Position numbers and translations under genes: made by a program
In this document: positions 10,447-20,174 of the stretch, in pieces
Layout of the letters: every line of letters begins with the position of its first letter
Position numbering within the stretch: the first letter of the stretch is position 1
Source of the DNA: Candidatus Krumholzibacteriota bacterium
Lineage (GTDB): Bacteria > Krumholzibacteriota > Krumholzibacteriia > JAJRXK01
Reading direction: 5' to 3'
Assembly: GCA_963806035.1 (NCBI GenBank)
Contig: CAWDWO010000009.1
Location: 28,507 to 92,506, forward strand
DNA length: 64,000 bases
Notes under the pieces: generated by a model
Told to the model about the DNA's origin: nothing
What the model saw: the letters and a program-made list of their open reading frames with translations, nothing else
Database searches by the model: none

Positions 10447-10658
10447 GAGAAGGAAGGAAGGAGAGCCGAGTTGGCCGCGAGCCGAGAATTCGAGCCCGGC
10501 CTGCTCGGCTAGAGAATAGCACAGCTGGATCTCATCCGCACACCTAAGCTCTTTTCCAAAAAGCCCTTAGCGCCAGAGGCCCCTCTTCGTATACCCTTGA
10601 GAAGAAGGGCGGTGCCCATTCTGGATCGAATTGCCTGCATTTGAACTGAGGACCTTCG

Positions 10659-11525
10659 GTGCCGAATCAAGAGTCCCCTCTTTTGCGAGCCCACGAGCTC
10701 TTGCGCCAGAGCGGTCTGCCCCCGCTACAGATCCAAAACGCGGGTCGTGGCAGCAACCACCATCTCTTCATCGTGGAGCTGGACGAAGGGCCTTTGCAAC
10801 TTCTGCGCATGCCCGTCGATTCCGAGGCGGGACCGCGGCTGCGCAGCGAGGAAGAGGCGATTCGCCGCGCCTCGGGGACCGTCCCCGTGCCTCATCCCAC
10901 CCTTCTCATCCCCTCCCTGCACCGTCCCAAAGCCTGTATCCAGCCGATCATCGAGGGAACCCGGGCCCAGGATCTGCGTGCGCATGACACGAATGCGCGA
11001 CGGGTCGATCTTCTCTGCCGGCTCTTGGGGCGGGAGCTCGCTCACCTGCACCGCATCGAGTTTCCCATGCACGAACCCACCTTCATCCCCTTCTTGAGCC
11101 CCAGCTTCGTGACGGGGAACGAACGCCTGCTCCATGGAGATGCTCATCTGGGAAATCTCATGGTGCAAACCGACGCCAAGGAAAACGTACGGGTCTCCGG
11201 GCTCATCGACTGGAGCTTCTGTCACTGGGGTCCGCCGGAAAGCGATCTGGTGGAAATGGCGATCACCGAAGGAGAGCCACGCCCCGCGCTCGGCCGGGCA
11301 TTCTACGAGGCCTATCTGGAAAGTGGTGGGCTCGAACCGCGCGAGCACGTCTTCAAGTGGGCTCTGGTGCGCGAGCTGGAGAGAAGACTCGCGGCGCATG
11401 CGCAGGCCTACGAGCAGACCCCGCGCGACGCCTGGACGCGCTGGCTGGACGCTCTGCACCGTCCGGGAGCCCGTGCCCTTCAGGTTTTTTCTTTGGGCCG
11501 CCCCTCCGGGGGCGACCTGGTCTAG
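10659..11525 (+). CDS. Aminoglycoside phosphotransferase / choline-kinase-like protein
   Basis: 'GRGSNH' glycine loop, Brenner motif 'LLHGDAHLGNL', 'GLIDW', 'GPPESDL'. Confidence 0.8.
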   Translation: MPNQESPLLRAHELLRQSGLPPLQIQNAGRGSNHHLFIVELDEGPLQLLRMPVDSEAGPRLRSEEEAIRRASGTVPVPHPTLLIPSLHRPKACIQPIIEGTRAQDLRAHDTNARRVDLLCRLLGRELAHLHRIEFPMHEPTFIPFLSPSFVTGNERLLHGDAHLGNLMVQTDAKENVRVSGLIDWSFCHWGPPESDLVEMAITEGEPRPALGRAFYEAYLESGGLEPREHVFKWALVRELERRLAAHAQAYEQTPRDAWTRWLDALHRPGARALQVFSLGRPSGGDLV

Positions 11526-11603
11526 CCTCGGACTGGTCTAGCCTCGGACTACTCTAGCTTCGGACTACTGCTGGCCTCGGACTACTGCAGCCTCGGACTG
11601 CTC
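11517..11603. repeat. Five imperfect 16-17-bp tandem repeats (core AGCCTCGGACT) between convergent genes
   Basis: ctggtctagcctcgga / ctggtctagcctcgga / ctactctagcttcgga / ctactgctggcctcgga / ctactgcagcctcgga. Confidence 0.85.
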
Positions 11604-11608
11604 CAAGC

Positions 11609-13309
11609 TCAGAGCCTGGGGTGCTTCAGGTTCCAGCCGCTGGCGCGTTGGTAGGCCGTGGCCAAAGCCACGATCGCCCCCTCCTCGTAATTGCGTCCCA
11701 CGAAGGTGAAACTGAAGGGGGTCCCGTCACTCTTGAAACCGTTGGGCACGACCACGCAGGGATTGCCGGTGAGATTGGTGTCCAGGAGACTGCGGCCGGC
11801 AAAGCTCGGGCACACATAGCCGTCCAGATCCTCGAGCATCGTCTGGTAGCGTTCCTGCAGGAGAGTGCGCGCCCGTTGCGCCTGCAGATACTGCACGCCC
11901 GACACGAGCTGCGCGGCACGGAAAACATTGGGCCAGGCATCTTCGGCCTGCCGCACCATTTCGTCGTCGCGATTGTTCCGGGTGAGCTCGTCGAAGGCCG
12001 CCGCCGCTTCCACCTCCAGCACCACCAGCATCTTGGCCACGGGTAGATCCGGCAATTCGATGGGAGTGAGTTCGACCCCCAGCCGAGCGAGCACTGCGAG
12101 CGCATCCTGGTCGAGCTTCTTGTTCTCGTACTCGCTTTCGAACGCGGCCTTGTTGTAGCCGAAGCGCAGCTCCTTCAACTCGTCGAGCGAAGGCTGACGC
12201 CACGGTGCACTGACCGCGTCCTTGTCCTTGCCGTCGGCGCCATGGATGGCGGAGACCACCAGCGCGGCGTCCTCCGCGTAGCGGCATAGCGCTCCGATCT
12301 TGTCCATGGTCCACGAGAGCGCCATGCAGCCGGTGCGAGGGACGCGACCGAAGGTGGGACGCAGCCCGGTCGCGCCACAGCGCGAGGCAGGGGAGACGAT
12401 CGAACCGAGAGTCTCCGTCCCCAACGCGAAGGGCAGGCCCCCCGCCGCCACCGCGGCCGCGCTCCCGGCCGACGAACCGCTGCTTCCCTGCTCCAGGTTC
12501 CAGGGGTTCTTGGTCGTTCCACCGAACCACACGTCGCCCCAGGCCAGCGCGCCCACGCTGGTCTTGGCGATGAGCACCGCCCCCGCCGCGTCCAGGCGCT
12601 TCACCACTTCGGCGTCCTCATCGAGGATCTGTTCGCGATAGGGCGCACAGCCCCAGGTGGTCGGATAGCCCTTCACCGCCAAGAGATCTTTCGCTCCCCA
12701 GGGGATACCGTGCAGGGGACCCCGATAGTGACCGGCCGCGATTTCCTCGTCGGCCTTGGCCGCCTGCTCCATCGCTCGCTCCTGCGTGAAGGTGATCACG
12801 CACAGCAGTTTTTCGTTCAGCTTGCGCAGGCGATCCAGAAAGAAGCGGGTCAACTCCACACTGGTGAGCTTACGAGTTTGCAGAAGGTGTGAGAGCTCGA
12901 AGAGGGAAGCGTAAGCCAGCTTCTCGGGCAATGGACGCGCGAGGGAGGCATTCGAATCGTAGGGATCGAGTGCTTTCGAGATGGCGGCATAGTCGGGCGG
13001 TTCCGGGAAGGGTACGCGCGACACCGCCTGCCGGCTCAGAGGAAAGAAGCTCGTGGCGGGCTGCACCTCGTTGGCGAGATGGAGTTTCTCCACCGCCTTC
13101 AAATCATTCAGATGTTCCTGCACGCTCTTGAGCATCAGCTCGCGCTCGGACTCGCTGAACTGAAGCCCCGCCAGACGCTCGGCGCTGGCAATGGTGTTCA
13201 GGTCGATCTCGGAATCTTGCGCCTGAAGCAGCTGAGGCATGAGTGCGAGTACGATGGAGGAGGCAGCGGCACTGCCCAAGAAACGACGGCGGTCCAAAGT
13301 TTTGCTCAT
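11609..13309 (-). CDS. Amidase-signature family amidase with Tat signal peptide
   Basis: 'DRRRFLG' twin-arginine motif; 'LHGIPWGAKD', 'GSSGSSAGSAAAVA', 'GTETLGSIVSPA'. Confidence 0.9.
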   Translation of the reverse strand: MSKTLDRRRFLGSAAASSIVLALMPQLLQAQDSEIDLNTIASAERLAGLQFSESERELMLKSVQEHLNDLKAVEKLHLANEVQPATSFFPLSRQAVSRVPFPEPPDYAAISKALDPYDSNASLARPLPEKLAYASLFELSHLLQTRKLTSVELTRFFLDRLRKLNEKLLCVITFTQERAMEQAAKADEEIAAGHYRGPLHGIPWGAKDLLAVKGYPTTWGCAPYREQILDEDAEVVKRLDAAGAVLIAKTSVGALAWGDVWFGGTTKNPWNLEQGSSGSSAGSAAAVAAGGLPFALGTETLGSIVSPASRCGATGLRPTFGRVPRTGCMALSWTMDKIGALCRYAEDAALVVSAIHGADGKDKDAVSAPWRQPSLDELKELRFGYNKAAFESEYENKKLDQDALAVLARLGVELTPIELPDLPVAKMLVVLEVEAAAAFDELTRNNRDDEMVRQAEDAWPNVFRAAQLVSGVQYLQAQRARTLLQERYQTMLEDLDGYVCPSFAGRSLLDTNLTGNPCVVVPNGFKSDGTPFSFTFVGRNYEEGAIVALATAYQRASGWNLKHPRL

Positions 13310-13479
13310 GGCGAAGTACTCCCCTCTGATAGGACCTTGCCAGTATCCCCCATGATCCCCGTCGTAGTCGCGGATGAAATCTCCCGGACTCGACGAAGGG
13401 CGAATTTGCGCCTATCCTGGGCTGCAATCTCGCGACGGAAGGCCACGGAGCTCGGATCTGTCGCCTGGAAAGAGGGGCC

Positions 13480-14376
13480 ATGGCTCAGGAACGCCGCTAT
13501 GTGAAGAGAGAGGGCGCACCCCTCATGACCACGACTCTGTGGGATTACCGCTCGCAGAACTATCCCGGAAGCCGTCAGGGAAATCCCGACTTCGCCGGAG
13601 CCACTCCCAGCTACATCATCTGGAACCTGCTACAGCGCTACACGCAGCCCAAGTGGCTCGTGGTGGATCCCATGGCGGGAAGCGGAACCACCCTGGACGT
13701 GGCCCGTGATCTCTCGCGCCGCGCTCTGGGTTACGACCTGAATCCCACGCGCAAGGATATTTTCCGCGCCGACGCCAGGCACCTGCCCCTGGAATCGGGG
13801 AAAGCGGATTTCGTCTTCGTGGACCCCCCCTATTCCACGCACTTGAAGTACAGCGAAGAGGAGGAGTGTATCGGGGAACTCGATGCTCGAGTGGGGCCCG
13901 AGTACTTCTCCGCCATGGAGAGCGTGATCGCGGAGGTCCACCGGATTCTGCGCCGCGATCGCTACCTGGCGCTCTACGTGAGCGACTCCGCGCGCAAGGG
14001 GAAGAGCTTCGTCCCGCTCGGCTTCGAGCTCTTCCACCGTCTGAGACGACACTTCACCCCGGTGGATATCGTGGCCGTGGTTCGCCACAACCGCACTCTC
14101 AAACGCGACCACTGGCACGAGAGCGCGGCCGAAGGCGGCTATTTTCTGCGGGGCTTCAATTACCTCCTCATCATGAAGAAGGAGATCGGCGCGAAGAAGG
14201 CGACGAGTGGCGTGGGACGCAGTTCGAGCAAAGCCGGTCCAAGCAAGCACCGCGCGAGCAAGCGGCGCCCCAAGAATGCCGCGACCAAACCGCGCGCCAA
14301 GCCGGTCGCCAATTCGCGATCCAAGTCACCGTCCAAGTCGCAACCCAAATCTCGATCCAAGACGCCGAAATCCTAG
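13480..14376 (+). CDS. Orphan amino-methyltransferase (N6A/N4C DNA MTase or Trm11-like) with Lys/Ser/Pro-rich tail
   Basis: SAM motif 'DPMAGSGTT', catalytic 'DPPY', basic low-complexity C-terminus. Start could be 13525. Confidence 0.8.
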   Translation: MAQERRYVKREGAPLMTTTLWDYRSQNYPGSRQGNPDFAGATPSYIIWNLLQRYTQPKWLVVDPMAGSGTTLDVARDLSRRALGYDLNPTRKDIFRADARHLPLESGKADFVFVDPPYSTHLKYSEEEECIGELDARVGPEYFSAMESVIAEVHRILRRDRYLALYVSDSARKGKSFVPLGFELFHRLRRHFTPVDIVAVVRHNRTLKRDHWHESAAEGGYFLRGFNYLLIMKKEIGAKKATSGVGRSSSKAGPSKHRASKRRPKNAATKPRAKPVANSRSKSPSKSQPKSRSKTPKS

Positions 14377-14393
14377 ACCACGGGAGATCCGCA

Positions 14394-14966
14394 TTGAGTC
14401 TCACACCCTGGAACATCCACCGCGACGAAACCCTGGCCGACATGGGCATCTTCGAGCTGCATTCGGTGCGCGCGGAAAATCCGCGTACCGGCAAGCTGCG
14501 TGATCTCGCGCTCGTCTCCACCCGCGACTGGGTGAACGTGGTTCCGCTCACTGCGGATCGCGAAGTGGTGCTGGTCAGACAGTGGCGTCACGGAACGCGT
14601 TCGATGACCCTGGAGATTCCCGGCGGCCTCATCGACCCCGGCGAGGAACCAAAGACGGCGGCGGCGCGCGAGGTGCGCGAGGAGACTGGATATGCCGGAG
14701 CAGAACCCGCGCAATTGGGCGTGGTCCAACCCAATCCCGCGTTCTTGAACAACCTCTGTTACACCTATCTCATCGAGGGCTGTGAGGAGGTGGGCGAGCT
14801 GCAACTGGATGAGGGTGAGGATATCGAGGTCGTCCGCGTTCCTCTGTCCGAGATCCCTGGACTCGTCGCCGAGGGGACGATTCAGCACGCCCTGGTGATC
14901 TGCGGGTTCTACTGGCTCCGGCGCAAGCGCCCCGAACTCTTCGACGGCCGCGGTGAAATCAGCTGA
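14394..14966 (+). CDS. Nudix hydrolase (ADP-ribose pyrophosphatase-like)
   Basis: TTG start after GGGAG; 'VRQWRHG', Nudix box 'PGGLIDPGEEPKTAAAREVREETGY'. The longer ORF-track start overlaps the MTase. Confidence 0.88.
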   Translation: MSLTPWNIHRDETLADMGIFELHSVRAENPRTGKLRDLALVSTRDWVNVVPLTADREVVLVRQWRHGTRSMTLEIPGGLIDPGEEPKTAAAREVREETGYAGAEPAQLGVVQPNPAFLNNLCYTYLIEGCEEVGELQLDEGEDIEVVRVPLSEIPGLVAEGTIQHALVICGFYWLRRKRPELFDGRGEIS

Positions 14967-15435
14967 TCCGCGTGGCGAAGATGTAGAGCAGAGCCAGGGC
15001 GGCAAAAAGCGCCACTCCTCCGAGAAGCATGATCGCGGGTTGCAGAGGCCGCTGCTCGTCGCCCGACGCGCGAGCGATGATCAGGGCCGCCACCACGACG
15101 ACCACCGAGATGATCACCACCGCCAAAGGCAACATCTGCTGCGCGTGGGGAATCACGCCACTCTGCACCCCGAACACGGCCAGGCCGACGAGCAGAATCG
15201 CGGTGACCATGAGGGCGATGGCAACCGCCCCCCAGTTCGCGCGAGGATTGGACCGCGTCGAAACGCTCGTCAGGCGGAGAGCCGTCCACACCTCGCGTTC
15301 GTTCACTTCGGGATGCTTTTCCCTGAAGTCCTGGATCTGGGCGATGAGCTTCTGGGCGAGTTCCCGTGCGCGCGGGGACGCGGGGGGCAGGGCAGCGGGT
15401 GGGATGAAGGTCATGACCGGCACCTCCCGGGCCAA
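14959..15435 (-). CDS. Hypothetical membrane protein (3 TM)
   Basis: Soluble helical N-terminus then three hydrophobic segments; fills the gap between neighbours. Confidence 0.65.
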   Translation of the reverse strand: MAREVPVMTFIPPAALPPASPRARELAQKLIAQIQDFREKHPEVNEREVWTALRLTSVSTRSNPRANWGAVAIALMVTAILLVGLAVFGVQSGVIPHAQQMLPLAVVIISVVVVVAALIIARASGDEQRPLQPAIMLLGGVALFAALALLYIFATRIS

Positions 15436-15482
15436 GGGTCCATGTTTGACCTTAGATCAACCCGCAAAAATGGCAACTGGGA

Positions 15483-17018
15483 CTACGGCGCCTTCACCGC
15501 TCCCAAGTCCCATGCCGTGCCCGAGCGCGTCTGCTGCAGGATGTCCCAACCGCGATCGGTCACGCCGGGATCCCAGTTGGGGTGCTGTGCATAGCTGAAC
15601 GCCGCAATTCCCGCGCCCTTGGCGGGCGATTGCGCGGAGAGCGCGAAGTCGCGCGCGATCTCGAGCACTCGGTCGCTGCGCAGGACCGCGGTGCTGGGGA
15701 TCCGCGGCGCGCTCAGACCCGCGGCCGCGCCGACGACACCGTGCGCTTCGGAGCTCAGATCCAGGTCACTCGTCGCGACGTTACCGTCGCTGAGATTGTA
15801 GTCGTGGCTCACGCCGCCGGCGCCTCCCTCGCGCACCCAGATCAGGCGTCCGTCGCCGGAGGCCGCGGGCTGATTGGACTGGAAGATGTTGTTGAAGATC
15901 CAGGTATTGCCGACCGGCACGCGATTTCCGCGCAGTTCGAGGACTGCTCGCAGCTTGGAGCCGCTGTTACCCCAGAAGGTGTTGTTGTAGACCCAAACGT
16001 CGTCGCTGTTCATCACCGCCAGAGCCGCGTCGCCCTTGCATCCGACGAAGATGTTGTTGCGCACGATGGCGCCACGCACCACGTGCTGCGTTGGGTCGGG
16101 GATCCCCGCTTCCTCGGTCCCGATTCCCACCGCCGCGTTCCCGCAACCACCTCCCGCCGAGGGGCCGAAGACGTTGTTCTCGTAGAGGACGTTCTCGCAG
16201 TTGATCTTGGAGTACAGGAGCCAGTCGCCGCCATGGTCCGCGGTGTGGAAGAGCCAGCAGCCCCTGATCACCACATTGCGAATCTCCGCGTCGCTCGTCC
16301 CATTCAAGCCCCTGCCGAAGATGTCGATGTTCTCCTGGTACCACGCGCCGTTGCCGCAGGGGTCGATCGAGGGGTCGCGTTGCCCCGGATTGAAGGCCAC
16401 CACGTTCTCGATCAAGAGGCCGTCGACCGCGCCCGAGACCTTGATGACATCACAGTCGTTGGGCGCGTCGTAGATCACGCAGTTCTGGATCTCACAGCCG
16501 CTCGCGTCCAGCACGCGCACCAGACCATCGCCCTGGGGCCCCTGGTTCCAGTCGCCCCGGATCTCGAAGCCATCGATGGCCGCCCCCTGAACCTGCTCCA
16601 AGCGCACCGCGCTGCGGTCTTTCGAGTAGATGGACGCGGCCAGCGGACCGTCGGCGGAGATGACGCGCACCCCCGATTTCATATAGATGAAGCTCTCGTC
16701 GTACTCGCCGGCCTTCACCAGGACCGCCATCCCGGCCGCGCTCTGATTCACTCCCTTTTGGATGGTACGGCAGGGATGATCGGGATCGCCGCAGTCCGAA
16801 GTGTCGCTCCCGTTGACGGAGACGTAGATCGCGGGCCCGGTCCAGTCATTGCCGCCGCTTCCCGAACCGCCGCCGCCGGGGTTGGGGTCCACGGTGGGGA
16901 TGTCGAGATCGGGCGAAGTGGTCGTGGGCGTGGTCTGATTGCCGCAGGCGATCAGGGCCGAGAGCGAGAGGGCGAAGACGAGCGAGAACATGAGATACGT
17001 ATGGGTACGAGTGGTCAT
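15483..17018 (-). CDS. Right-handed parallel beta-helix (pectin-lyase-like/DUF1565) lipoprotein
   Basis: Lipobox 'LIAC', Thr/Pro/Gly linker, 'IYVSVNGSD...PCRTIQKG...VKAGEY', repeated 'ENNVF/RNNIF/YNNTF', C-terminal 'WDLGA'. Confidence 0.8.
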   Translation of the reverse strand: MTTRTHTYLMFSLVFALSLSALIACGNQTTPTTTSPDLDIPTVDPNPGGGGSGSGGNDWTGPAIYVSVNGSDTSDCGDPDHPCRTIQKGVNQSAAGMAVLVKAGEYDESFIYMKSGVRVISADGPLAASIYSKDRSAVRLEQVQGAAIDGFEIRGDWNQGPQGDGLVRVLDASGCEIQNCVIYDAPNDCDVIKVSGAVDGLLIENVVAFNPGQRDPSIDPCGNGAWYQENIDIFGRGLNGTSDAEIRNVVIRGCWLFHTADHGGDWLLYSKINCENVLYENNVFGPSAGGGCGNAAVGIGTEEAGIPDPTQHVVRGAIVRNNIFVGCKGDAALAVMNSDDVWVYNNTFWGNSGSKLRAVLELRGNRVPVGNTWIFNNIFQSNQPAASGDGRLIWVREGGAGGVSHDYNLSDGNVATSDLDLSSEAHGVVGAAAGLSAPRIPSTAVLRSDRVLEIARDFALSAQSPAKGAGIAAFSYAQHPNWDPGVTDRGWDILQQTRSGTAWDLGAVKAP

Positions 17019-17075
17019 CGTGCACCGTCACGGAGAGGAAGATACGCAGCAGGAAATTTCCGCGACAGTCAAGAC

Positions 17076-17091
17076 AGCACGATTGATGCCA
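17076..17091 (-). promoter_or_regulatory. Putative sigma54 -24/-12 promoter of the beta-helix gene
   Basis: Minus strand TGGCATCAATCGTGCT (GG-N10-GC), about 60 bp upstream of the ATG. Confidence 0.45.
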
Positions 17092-17111
17092 TTTGCGAGC
17101 CTGGGGTGCGG

Positions 17112-18602
17112 TCAGCCCCCGAGCAACCAGTGCATCGAGGCGTCCGCGAAGGCCTTCACCGGGCTCCAGTAGAGCCCCAGCACCAGGGTCGGCACGGCGA
17201 GAACCACCAGAAGCACCATGTGAACCGGCGAAAGCCCCAGGCCCCCCTCGTCTTCAGAATGCTCGAAGAACATGGCTTTGGCGATGCGCATGTAGTAGTA
17301 GAGGCTGATCACGCTGTTGAGGACCGCGATGAACGCCAACCAGCCCATCTGCCCGTCGATCGCCGCCGCGAAGAGGTAGAATTTGGCGATGAATCCGAAG
17401 GTGGGCGGAATTCCCGCGAGCGAAAGCAAGAAGACCACCATGATGACCGCGAGCAGGGGCTCGCGGAAGCCGATGCCCCGGTACTCGTCGATGTCCTCGC
17501 TGCCCAGGCGGTTGTTGAGCGCGATCACGACCAGGAAGGCGCCCAGATTCATGATGGCGTAGGCGATGAGGTAGAACAGGATGGCGGACAGGCCGGCCTC
17601 GCTCAAGAGCACGAAGCCGATGAGCAAGTAGCCGACGTGCGCGATGGAGGAATAGGCCAGAAGCCTCTTCACGTTCCTCTGACGAATCGCGGCCAGGTTT
17701 CCCCAGGTCATGGTGATCACGCTCAAGAACGCCAGCAGCCATGGCCACTGGATACTCGAGAGCGCCGCCATGGTGCCCGCGCCGTCCGATTGCACCAGAG
17801 CGGTGTAGAAGAAGCGAATGAGGAGAGCGAAGCCGGCCGCCTTGGGTCCGGCCGCGAAGATCGCGGCCACCGGGGTTGGCGCGCCCTCGTAGACGTCCGG
17901 CGTCCAGAAGTGGAAGGGCACCGCGGAGATTTTGTACCCGATCCCGGCCAGGATCAAAACGCAAGCGGTGAGGGTAGCCAGTTCGTTGCCCCCGAACACC
18001 AGTCTGTCGTGCAATCCGGTGAAGGACATCGCCCCGCTCAGGCCATAGAGAATGGAGGCGCCGTAGAGCATCAAACCGCTGCTTACCGCGCCCCAGAGCA
18101 CGTATTTCAGGGAGGCCTCCGAGGAACGGAGGCTCATGCGGGCGTAGCCGGCCAGAATGTAGCTGGTGATCGAGACCAGCTCGATGGACAGGACCAGCAT
18201 GACGAGGTTGTTGGCCTCGGCCATGACCATCATGCCGAAGCAGAGCACCGCCAGATAGGCGTAGTACTCGCCCTTGTTCTCGCGGTCAGCTCCCATGATT
18301 TCGCGGCTGCTGAAGCTGAATACGGCCACGATGAGGGTGACGGCCAAAAAGAGCACGCGGAAGAACTGGGCGTAGGGATCGACCACCATCATGGTCCCCA
18401 TGATATCGTGCGCCCCGCGCGGCGGATTGGCGACCGCTACCGCGAGCGCCACGACCACGCCCAGAATGAGAACGCTCAGCGTCGCTCCATGACGGCGTTC
18501 ACGCGTCAACAAATCCGTCAGCAAGCAGGCCACGAAGGTCAGGGCCATGATTGCCTCGGGCCAGAAGAACGCCGCGTCAGACCAGTTGAAACTCACCGTC
18601 AT
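17112..18602 (-). CDS. nuoN: NADH-quinone oxidoreductase subunit N
   Basis: 'SEASLKY', 'KISAVPFHFWTPDVYEGAPTP', 'KRLLAYSSIAHVGY'; operon position. Confidence 0.95.
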   Translation of the reverse strand: MTVSFNWSDAAFFWPEAIMALTFVACLLTDLLTRERRHGATLSVLILGVVVALAVAVANPPRGAHDIMGTMMVVDPYAQFFRVLFLAVTLIVAVFSFSSREIMGADRENKGEYYAYLAVLCFGMMVMAEANNLVMLVLSIELVSITSYILAGYARMSLRSSEASLKYVLWGAVSSGLMLYGASILYGLSGAMSFTGLHDRLVFGGNELATLTACVLILAGIGYKISAVPFHFWTPDVYEGAPTPVAAIFAAGPKAAGFALLIRFFYTALVQSDGAGTMAALSSIQWPWLLAFLSVITMTWGNLAAIRQRNVKRLLAYSSIAHVGYLLIGFVLLSEAGLSAILFYLIAYAIMNLGAFLVVIALNNRLGSEDIDEYRGIGFREPLLAVIMVVFLLSLAGIPPTFGFIAKFYLFAAAIDGQMGWLAFIAVLNSVISLYYYMRIAKAMFFEHSEDEGGLGLSPVHMVLLVVLAVPTLVLGLYWSPVKAFADASMHWLLGG

Positions 18603-18605
18603 CTC

Positions 18606-20117
18606 CTAGCCGGGGATCATCCCGATGAGGGTGATGAGCGAAGTCTTGACCATGTTGATGAAGGGCGCCGGATAGACTCCGATGAAGATCACGATGGCCG
18701 CCAGAGGGATCACCGTGGCCAGCTCGCGAGCGTTGATGTCCGGGATATCGGCGTACTTCTCGTTGAGGGGGCCCAAAAAGACCCTCTGCAACATCCACAG
18801 CACGTAGGTCGCGCCGATGATGATTCCCACCGCGCTCACCATGGTCACCACGCGGTAGACGGGGAAGGCGCCCAGGAACACCAAGGCCTCGCCCACGAAG
18901 CCGCTGAGACCCGGCAGGCCCAGAGCCGCGAACAGGGCCAAGCTGAAGACGGTGGTGTAGCGCGGCATCACCGAGCCCAAGCCACCGAAGCCATTGATCT
19001 CGCGATGATGGGCGCGATCGTAGATGACGCCCACCATGAGGAAGAGCATGGCCGTGATCGTGCCGTGGTTGAACATCTGCAGCATCGCCCCGGTGATGCC
19101 GGCTTCGTTGAACACCGCCATCCCCAAGAGCACGTAGCCCATGTGACTCACCGAGGAATAGGCCACCAGCTTCTTCATGTCCTTCTGCGCCAAGGCGCAG
19201 AAGGCTCCGTAGATGATGTTGATCGCCCCCAGGATGGCCAGGGGCAGGGCGAACCAGCGCACCGCGTCGGGCAGGATGGGAAAGCAGATCCGCAGCATTC
19301 CGTAGGTGCCCATCTTCAGGAGCACCCCGGCGAGGATCACGCTGACCGCGGTGGGCGCCTCGACGTGCGCGTCGGGCAACCATGTGTGGAAGGGGAAGAT
19401 CGGCACCTTCACCGCGAATCCGATGAAGAGGAACATGAAGATCAAGTGGCGCACGTTCACGTTCAGAAGCCATGCTCCGTGGTTCACCTGGTTCATCATG
19501 TAGAGCATGTTGAAGGTGTGCTGCCCGGTGTTGGGATCGCGCACGTTCAGATAGAGCGCGATCATGGCCAAGAGCATCAGCACGGACCCGGCCAGGGTAT
19601 ACAGGAAGAACTTGATCGCCGCGTACTCGCGACGCGGACCGCCCCAGATGCCGATGAGGAAGTACATCGGGAGCAGCATCACTTCCCAGAACACGTAGAA
19701 GAGGAAGAAATCGAGCGAGACGAACACTCCCATCATGCCGGTTTCCAACATGAGGAAGAGGGCAAAGTAGCCCTTGGTCGCCTTCTCGATCTTCCAGCTC
19801 GCTCCGATGCACAAGAACGACAGAAGGGCGGTGAGCAGAACCATCGCCACCGAGATGCCGTCCACCCCCACGAAGTAGTCGATGTTGAAGCCACGGATCC
19901 AGGGGGTCTTCTGCCAGAACTGAATGGCGGAGGTTCCCCGGTCGAAGCTGAACATGAGCTGGATTGCGAGAGCGAGTGGGATGGCAGCGGTCACCAAAGC
20001 CGTCCATCGATGCGCCGTCTTGTTGTTCGACGGCAACATCACCAGGATGGCCGCGCCCAGAAGCGGCACGAATGTCATCCAGGTCAACAGCGCGCTGGGG
20101 TTCGCGAGTTCGGTCAT
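18606..20117 (-). CDS. nuoM: NADH-quinone oxidoreductase subunit M
   Basis: 'FYVFWEVMLLPMY', 'KVPIFPFHTWLPDAHVEAPT', 'LPGLSGFVGE'. Confidence 0.95.
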   Translation of the reverse strand: MTELANPSALLTWMTFVPLLGAAILVMLPSNNKTAHRWTALVTAAIPLALAIQLMFSFDRGTSAIQFWQKTPWIRGFNIDYFVGVDGISVAMVLLTALLSFLCIGASWKIEKATKGYFALFLMLETGMMGVFVSLDFFLFYVFWEVMLLPMYFLIGIWGGPRREYAAIKFFLYTLAGSVLMLLAMIALYLNVRDPNTGQHTFNMLYMMNQVNHGAWLLNVNVRHLIFMFLFIGFAVKVPIFPFHTWLPDAHVEAPTAVSVILAGVLLKMGTYGMLRICFPILPDAVRWFALPLAILGAINIIYGAFCALAQKDMKKLVAYSSVSHMGYVLLGMAVFNEAGITGAMLQMFNHGTITAMLFLMVGVIYDRAHHREINGFGGLGSVMPRYTTVFSLALFAALGLPGLSGFVGEALVFLGAFPVYRVVTMVSAVGIIIGATYVLWMLQRVFLGPLNEKYADIPDINARELATVIPLAAIVIFIGVYPAPFINMVKTSLITLIGMIPG

Positions 20118-20174
20118 CGGTCGAGTGCTCCTTCATGGGTGGACGGCGCTGCCGTCCGGTTCAGTCGTGCCCCG

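Noticed and set aside
11517..11603. Possible CRISPR array
   Set aside because: The units are 16-17 bp and abut directly with no unique spacers; no cas genes are present.
11609..13309. gatA
   Set aside because: It has a Tat signal peptide and no adjacent gatB/gatC, so it is better called a general exported amidase.
13480..14376. Restriction-modification system
   Set aside because: No endonuclease or specificity subunit is adjacent.
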